Of a DNA stretch of 10,435 bases, positions 1-6,965 are shown in pieces. The translations under genes were made by a program, and so were the position numbers. The notes under the pieces were generated by a model that was not told the DNA's origin, made no database searches, and worked only from the letters and a program-made list of their open reading frames with translations. Each line of letters starts with the position of its first letter. Position 1 is the stretch's first letter. Source of the DNA: Gemmatimonadota bacterium (GTDB lineage Bacteria; Gemmatimonadota; Gemmatimonadetes; Palauibacterales; Palauibacteraceae); assembly GCA_039588275.1 (NCBI GenBank), contig JBDHAC010000084.1, positions 1 through 10,435 of the forward strand. Direction: 5' to 3'.

Positions 1-2
1 CG

Positions 3-182
3 CCACCGCAGATGTTCACGGATGGGATCGGGGTGATCCTCGAGGGCCGGTACGGCGAGGACGGCGTGTTCCACTCCACCAACCTCCTGGTGAAGCACTC
101 GAACGAGTACCAGCCCCCCGCGGAGGGCGAAGATCCGCACGAAGCCGTGCGCTCGCTCATCGAGACTGACGACGGAGCGTGA
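3..182 (+). CDS. ccmE: Cytochrome c maturation heme chaperone CcmE, C-terminal part (5' end outside the window)
   Basis: Not in the ORF track. Frame 3 translates as PPQMFTDGIGVILEGRYGEDGVFHSTNLLVKHSNEYQPPAEGEDPHEAVRSLIETDDGA, ending at TGA 180-182. This matches the CcmE C-terminal pattern P-x-x-F..G.GV..EG....G.F....L.KHxxxY.P, including the heme-binding HxxxY motif (HSNEY). It lies directly upstream of ccmF. Confidence 0.93.
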   Translation, partial: PPQMFTDGIGVILEGRYGEDGVFHSTNLLVKHSNEYQPPAEGEDPHEAVRSLIETDDGA

Positions 183-278
183 GCTTCCGGTTCCGGTCCT
201 TTCCTCTTCCGACGCGAATCGCTCCCGGCATGAGCTACGCCGCGGGTCAGTCGATGGCCTTTTACCGGTGAGGATCTT

Positions 279-2395
<2,117 letters not shown>

Positions 2396-2399
<4 letters not shown>

Positions 2400-3088
2400 A
2401 GAAGAACCTCGCCGCCTGGGCGATTCCGGCGGCAGCCATACCGGCGCTCCTGCTGCTGGCGTTCGGGCTGACGCGAAACCCGCAGACCCTGCCCTCGGCC
2501 ATGATCGGCCGCGAGGCCCCCCCGTTCGTGCTCGAGCGCATGGCCTCTCCCGACGTGCCGGCTGCCTCTCGGGATGATCGGGAAGAGACGGTCACCGAGG
2601 CCGGATCCACACCCGCTCCGGCCGACATGCTCGCCCTTCGCGATCTGCGCGGTCGCGTGGTGGTCCTGAACTTCTGGGCTTCGTGGTGCATCCCGTGCCG
2701 CGCCGAGCACCCGGCGCTCGTGCGCGCCTCGGAGACCTACTCCACCGACGATGCGGTGGTGCTCGGGGTCCTGTACCAGGACACCGAGCCAAACGGGATC
2801 CGATTTATGCAGGAGTTCGGCGGGGACTGGCCCTCCGTCCTGGACCCGAGCTCCCGCACGGCCATGGACTACGGGGTGTACGGGGTGCCCGAGACGTTCT
2901 TCATCGGAGCCGACGGCCGCATCGCGAACAAGAACGTCGGACCGGTCAACTGGGCGATGGTGAGCCAGACCGTCGACTCCTTGCTCATGGAGCGCGCGGC
3001 CCTGGGTCTGGATCCCTCCCCCGACGCCGAACCGCTCGAGACGATGCCCGAAGCCCAGAACGACGCGTCGGAAAAGACGGAGCGATGA
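2396..3088 (+). CDS. ccmG: Membrane-anchored thiol:disulfide oxidoreductase CcmG/DsbE (TlpA-like thioredoxin), 230 aa
   Basis: N-terminal TM helix, then LPSAMIGREAPPF, VVVLNFWASWCIPCRAEHP (CxxC) and DYGVYGVPETFFI (cis-Pro loop). ATGA overlap with the ccmF stop, with GGAG upstream. Confidence 0.93.
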
Positions 3089-3648
3089 ACGTGCGCCGGT
3101 GTATCGCGGTCTTCGCCCTGATGGCCACGCTGATGGGCGGTTGGGGTGTTGCCCTCGCCCAAGAGGGCTCCGGGCTCTCTCCGGAAGAGCTCGACAACCT
3201 CACGGCGCAGGTCGCAGCCGAGCTCCGTTGCCTCGTGTGCCGCGGGCAGTCCGTGCTCGAGTCCAACTCGCAGCTCGCGCAGGAGATGAAGGCCCTGATC
3301 CATGACCGGCTGGCGAGCGGCGAGACCCCGGACGAGGTCAAGGCCTACTTCGTTCGCAGCTACGGCGAGTACATCCTCCTCAAGCCGACCGCGCGGGGGG
3401 TGAGCCTGCTCGTGTACGTCCTTCCGGCGCTCGCGCTCGTGGGCGGCGGCCTGTTGTTGCTCCGGCTGTTCAGACGCTGGACGCGACCCGCCGCGGCAGC
3501 GGCGGGTTCTGGCTCGGCGGCGCCAGCCGCCCGGGAATCGGCGGGGGCGCCTGCGGGTGAGCCTCCCGAAGGCGATACCTCCTCCTCCGCGTCCGAGCTG
3601 TCCCCCGAAGAGGCGGCCTGGCTGCGGGAGCAGCTCCAGGGCAAGTAA
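3085..3648 (+). CDS. ccmH: Cytochrome c biogenesis protein CcmH/CycL (short form without TPR domain), 187 aa
   Basis: The start is reassigned from 2683 in the ORF track to ATG 3085, which forms an ATGA overlap with the ccmG stop. Signal peptide ending ALA|QE, motif ELRCLVCRGQSVLESNSQLA (LRCxxC), YFVRSYGEYILLKP and a C-terminal TM helix. Confidence 0.93.
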   Translation: MNVRRCIAVFALMATLMGGWGVALAQEGSGLSPEELDNLTAQVAAELRCLVCRGQSVLESNSQLAQEMKALIHDRLASGETPDEVKAYFVRSYGEYILLKPTARGVSLLVYVLPALALVGGGLLLLRLFRRWTRPAAAAAGSGSAAPAARESAGAPAGEPPEGDTSSSASELSPEEAAWLREQLQGK

Positions 3649-3660
3649 CGGCCGTCGAGG

Positions 3661-3728
3661 CTCTGAGCGCGTCGTCCACCCGCTGAGCGCGCAATCCATG
3701 TGCTGAGCACGCAGAGCAGAGCGCGTCG
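3661..3728. repeat. Degenerate tandem repeat with 20-bp period (core CTGAGCRCG x3, plus one out-of-phase copy)
   Basis: CTGAGCGCG at 3663, CTGAGCGCG at 3683 and CTGAGCACG at 3703. Units 1 and 2 also share TCCA at the same offset. CAGAGCGCGTCG at 3717 resembles CTGAGCGCGTCG at 3663. Confidence 0.6.
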
Positions 3729-3748
3729 AGGTGATCCCTCACCGCGGA

Positions 3749-3773
3749 ACGGGCGTGACCGCCACACGCCCGT
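3749..3773. repeat. Perfect 9-bp inverted repeat (hairpin or dyad binding site)
   Basis: ACGGGCGTG (3749-3757), a 7-nt spacer ACCGCCA, then CACGCCCGT (3765-3773). No U-tract follows on either strand. Confidence 0.6.
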
Positions 3774-3910
3774 AGAGGAGTTCACCGCAGCCCGATGGGC
3801 GTTTTCCCCCCGGCCCATCCCCGACACGGCGAACGGGCCGATACTGTCCGCCGCGCGTCTCTGTGGCGGGGCACGTAGGCTTCCCTCGCCCGGCCCGAGG
3901 GTGCTCCCGA

Positions 3911-4039
3911 CGGGATCGTGAGGAGATTCCCTACACCGACTCGCGGTATTCCTCTGACAAGACACGAAGAGGGGACGCGGTTAGCCTGAGTCGGGCGGGG
4001 GCGTCTTCTCCGCATCCACGACCCACCCGTTCGGGTGGG
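3911..4039 (+). other. Putative structured RNA leader: long irregular stem-loop followed by a tight hairpin
   Basis: Nested pairings found by eye: GAGGAGATTCCCT (3920-3932) with GGGGGCGTCTTCTC (3997-4010), CCGACTC (3936-3942) with GAGTCGG (3988-3994), and TTCCTCT (3949-3955) with AGAGGGG (3968-3974). Then CCCACCC-GTTC-GGGTGGG (4022-4039). I recognise no known RNA family. Confidence 0.35.
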
Positions 4040-4119
4040 CTCCGGTGGCGGCGTCCGGCCTGCTGTCGCTACGCCCTCTCCGGCTGGCGAGGCCGGGGGC
4101 CTAACGGAAGCGAGGTGCC

Positions 4120-4848
4120 ATGCCACAACAGGCTGTCCGCCTTGCTGTGATGTTCGCGCTCGTCGTGGCCGCGTTCGTGGTCGTCCGCACTCTTCTCGTT
4201 CCGGAGACGTTCGGAGATGAGGGGCCGTACCGCGCTGCCGCGGTGGACGCCATCGTCGCCCGCGAGATCAGGTACGCAGGCCACGAGGTCTGCTCGACCT
4301 GCCACCGAGGGATCGACGAGCGGCGTCTCGCTTCCTTTCACCGCGGCGTGGTGTGCGAGGTGTGTCACGGCCCGGCAGCCGACCACGTGAAGGCCCCTCT
4401 CGACGAGAAGCCGCCGGCTCCGAGGGAGCGCGGATTCTGCCCCCTGTGCCATGGATACGATCCGTCGCGGCCGACCGGGTTCCCGCAAATCAACCCGGTC
4501 ACGCATAATCCGCTCTCGCCCTGCATGTCGTGTCACGACCCGCACACGCCGGAGCCTCCGACCGCGCCGGAGGAGTGTTCCGCGTGTCACGGTCAGATCG
4601 CGAACCTGAAGGGCGTCTCGCACCACGCCACCCTGCCGTGCGTCACCTGCCACGCGGCTGACGAGACCCACAAGACGTCGCCCCGGTCGGTGCGGCCCAC
4701 CAAGCCAACGGAGCGGAGCTTCTGCGGAACGTGCCACGCCGACGATGCACCGACGCCCGTGACGATCCCCAGGGTGGACCTCGGGGAGCACGGGGGCGAC
4801 TACCTGTGCTGGCAGTGCCACTACCCCCACTACCCCGAGACGGAATGA
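4120..4848 (+). CDS. Membrane-anchored octaheme c-type cytochrome (two tandem tetraheme modules), 242 aa
   Basis: Eight CxxCH motifs: CSTCH, CEVCH, CPLCH, CMSCH, CSACH, CVTCH, CGTCH, CWQCH. One N-terminal hydrophobic helix (about aa 8-27). SD GAGGTG at 4112-4117, short-spaced from the ATG. Confidence 0.95.
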   Translation: MPQQAVRLAVMFALVVAAFVVVRTLLVPETFGDEGPYRAAAVDAIVAREIRYAGHEVCSTCHRGIDERRLASFHRGVVCEVCHGPAADHVKAPLDEKPPAPRERGFCPLCHGYDPSRPTGFPQINPVTHNPLSPCMSCHDPHTPEPPTAPEECSACHGQIANLKGVSHHATLPCVTCHAADETHKTSPRSVRPTKPTERSFCGTCHADDAPTPVTIPRVDLGEHGGDYLCWQCHYPHYPETE

Positions 4849-5711
4849 TGAGGAACTCGGACGGGGAGAGCGGAGCGCGCGAGAGCGCGGGGCGCAGGCT
4901 TCCCTGCCTGCCCGCCGAGCCGGCACCTGACGCCAGCACGGCCGGTGATTCCCTCGCGCGGCGCGAGTTCCTCGCCGAAGCCCTCCGGGCGTGCAGCCTA
5001 GGTGTCCCGATCCTGCTGGGCATCGTGCGCGTGCCCAAGCTGGATGCGCAGGAAGCGGCGCAGGAGGGGTACGATCCGACCGAGCACTATTACGGGATGG
5101 CGGTGGACATCTCGAAGTGCATCGGGTGCGGTCGCTGCGTGCAAGCCTGCAAGACCGAGAACGACGTACCGCCGGACCCCCACTACTTCAATACCTGGGT
5201 GGAGCGATACGTCATCGATGCCGAAGGCGAGGTGTTGGTCGACAGCCCGAACGGGGGTATGGAGGGATTCCCCCCCACTGTCAGCGAAGTCGGAATCCGG
5301 CGCACCTTCTTCGTGCCCAAGCTCTGCAATCACTGCGACAATCCACCCTGCGTCCAGGTGTGCCCGGTCGGGGCGACGTTCACCACTCCGGACGGGGTCG
5401 TGCTGGTGGATGATGAGTACTGCATCGGTTGTCGCTATTGCATCCAGGCCTGCCCGTACGGGGCGCGGTGGCTCCACCCCGAGAAGCACGTCGCCGCCAA
5501 GTGCACGTTCTGCTACCACCGGCTGACGCGAGGTCTCGTGCCTGCGTGCGTGGAGGTCTGCCCGACGGGCGCCCGAATCTTCGGCGAGGTGAAGGAGCGC
5601 GTCACACCCTTGGGGCGGTTCATGCGCCTCAACGACATACAGGTGCTCAAGCCACACCTGAACACGAAGCCGAAAGTCTACTACGCCAATCTGGACGGCG
5701 AGGTAAGGTAG
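4845..5711 (+). CDS. Tat-exported 4x[4Fe-4S] ferredoxin-type subunit (NrfC/PsrB/TtrB/DsrO family), about 288 aa
   Basis: The start is reassigned from 4731 to ATG 4845 (or 4848), which forms an ATGA overlap with the cytochrome stop. Twin-arginine motif ARREFL with a hydrophobic stretch and LDA|QE. There are 16 cluster Cys in YGMAVDISKCIGCGRCVQACKTEN, PKLCNHCDNPPCVQVCPVGAT, CIGCRYCIQACPYGAR and KCTFCYHR..PACVEVCPTGARIFG. C-terminal TKPKVYY. Confidence 0.93.
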   Translation: MMRNSDGESGARESAGRRLPCLPAEPAPDASTAGDSLARREFLAEALRACSLGVPILLGIVRVPKLDAQEAAQEGYDPTEHYYGMAVDISKCIGCGRCVQACKTENDVPPDPHYFNTWVERYVIDAEGEVLVDSPNGGMEGFPPTVSEVGIRRTFFVPKLCNHCDNPPCVQVCPVGATFTTPDGVVLVDDEYCIGCRYCIQACPYGARWLHPEKHVAAKCTFCYHRLTRGLVPACVEVCPTGARIFGEVKERVTPLGRFMRLNDIQVLKPHLNTKPKVYYANLDGEVR

Positions 5712-5714
5712 ACG

Positions 5715-6914
5715 ATGCAGGGCTACATGTACCCGAACGAGTTCGAGCTCCCCTGGGGCTTGCTCGTGGTCGTCTACCCCTTCGTGACGGGTCTGGTGGC
5801 GGGAGCGTTCATCCTCGCTTCCCTCGAGCGCGTGTTCAACGTGAAGGAGGTCGAGCCCACCTATCGACTGGCGCTGCTCACGGCCCTGGCCTTTCTGCTC
5901 GTCGCTCCGCTACCGCTCCTGGCGCACCTCGGTCACCCCGAGCGCTCGCACGAGATCTTCCTCACGCCGAACACCAAGTCCGCCATGGCCATGTTCGGCT
6001 TCGTCTACCTCTGGTACCTGGCGGTGGTGCTGCTGCTCGAGATCTGGTTCGAGTACCGCAAGGACCTGGTGCTGTGGGCGCGAAGCGAGCGGGGGGTCAA
6101 GAAGTGGATCCATTACGCGCTCACCCTCGGAGCGACGGACCTCTCCGAGAAGTCTCTGCGATTCGACGACCGGGCCGGTCGGTGGATCACGATCATCGGG
6201 ATCCCCTCGGCGTTCCTCCTCCACGGGTATGTGGGCTTCATCTTCGGATCGGTGAAGGCGAACCCGTGGTGGAGCAGCGTGCTGATGCCCGTGGTCTTCC
6301 TCTTCTCCGCGATCGTATCGGGCATCGCGTTGGTCCTCGTCATCTACATGCTGGCGAGCATGATCCGGTGGAAGTCGATGAACATGGAGTGCCTGGACAA
6401 GCTCGCCGTCTTTCTCTTCTTCGCGATGGTCGTGGACTTCTCGTTGGAGTCGCTCGATTTCGTGCATCGGCTGTACGAGTCTGAAGAATCCATCGAGATC
6501 CTCTCCGAGCTCGTCAGAGGCCGCCTGTTCATCAGCCTCATCGTGCTCCAGATGGTGCTCGGCACGCTGTTGCCCATGACCTTGCTCGGTTTCTTCTCGC
6601 CCGCCCTGACGAGGAGAGGGGTCGACAAGACCAGTCCAGAGCTGCGACGGCTCATCTATCTGGCGTCCGGTATCTTCGTGCTGATCGGGATCTTCAGCAT
6701 TCGCTGGAACGTGGTGATCGGCGGACAGCTCTTTTCGAAGAGTCTGCGAGGTCTGACCCTCTATAGACTGGAGCTGTTCGGAGCGGAAGGGCTGCTCATG
6801 TCGGTCGGACTGCTTGTACTGCCGTTCCTGATTCTATGGGGCCTCGTGAAGATCCTGCCCCCGTGGCTGGAAGGTGACGGATCCGCGCCAGCGACTCCTG
6901 GCGAGGCTGCGTAG
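5715..6914 (+). CDS. nrfD: NrfD/PsrC-family quinone-interacting integral membrane subunit, 399 aa
   Basis: PWGLLVVVYPFVTGLVAGAF N-terminal helix, HLGHPER (the family DLGRPxR position), SAMA, H-GY-GF-FG, PWW..LMPVVFLFSAIVSG and RWNVVIGGQ. About 9 hydrophobic segments by eye. It starts 3 bp after the Fe-S gene, with GAGGT/AAGGT upstream. The symbol denotes the family, not a proven nitrite-reduction role. Confidence 0.9.
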   Translation: MQGYMYPNEFELPWGLLVVVYPFVTGLVAGAFILASLERVFNVKEVEPTYRLALLTALAFLLVAPLPLLAHLGHPERSHEIFLTPNTKSAMAMFGFVYLWYLAVVLLLEIWFEYRKDLVLWARSERGVKKWIHYALTLGATDLSEKSLRFDDRAGRWITIIGIPSAFLLHGYVGFIFGSVKANPWWSSVLMPVVFLFSAIVSGIALVLVIYMLASMIRWKSMNMECLDKLAVFLFFAMVVDFSLESLDFVHRLYESEESIEILSELVRGRLFISLIVLQMVLGTLLPMTLLGFFSPALTRRGVDKTSPELRRLIYLASGIFVLIGIFSIRWNVVIGGQLFSKSLRGLTLYRLELFGAEGLLMSVGLLVLPFLILWGLVKILPPWLEGDGSAPATPGEAA

Positions 6915-6965
6915 CTCTGTCGCGGTCTGTGAATGCACCGAAGAAGCGCGCTAGAGGGGCCCCGC

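Noticed and set aside
180..278. ccmE and ccmF share a reading frame, suggesting a readthrough or selenocysteine fusion
   Set aside because: There are two in-frame TGA stops (180 and 231), CcmE is complete at its C-terminus, and ccmF has its own SD.
2683..3084. N-terminal extension of the 321-aa ORF containing CcmH
   Set aside because: It overlaps ccmG out of frame and is Arg/Gly-rich noise. The signal peptide and ATGA coupling place the start at 3085.
3661..3728. Mini CRISPR array
   Set aside because: The 9-bp core and 11-bp spacers are far too short, and no cas genes are present.
3869..3884. Sigma54 -24 box GGCACG
   Set aside because: The -12 position reads TC instead of the required GC.
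3954..3987. Sigma70 promoter CTGACA ... TAGCCT
   Set aside because: The spacer is 22 nt, too long for a -35/-10 pair.
3700..4220. Short ORFs in the intergenic region (3700-3921, 3863-4150, 4035-4220, 3782-4126, 3360-3965)
   Set aside because: They have Arg/Pro-rich composition typical of non-coding GC-rich DNA, no convincing SD and no motifs.
4810..4820. IRE-like CAGTG loop as a possible apo-aconitase binding site
   Set aside because: The stem is only 3 bp, and the sequence is explained by the W-Q-C-H codons of heme motif 8.
4731..4844. Upstream extension of the Fe-S protein ORF
   Set aside because: It overlaps the last heme motifs of the cytochrome gene. The coupled ATG at 4845/4848 is more plausible.
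6915..6965. Bidirectional intrinsic terminator between the NrfD gene and acnA
   Set aside because: Only weak, imperfect pairing is present, with no U-tract on either strand.
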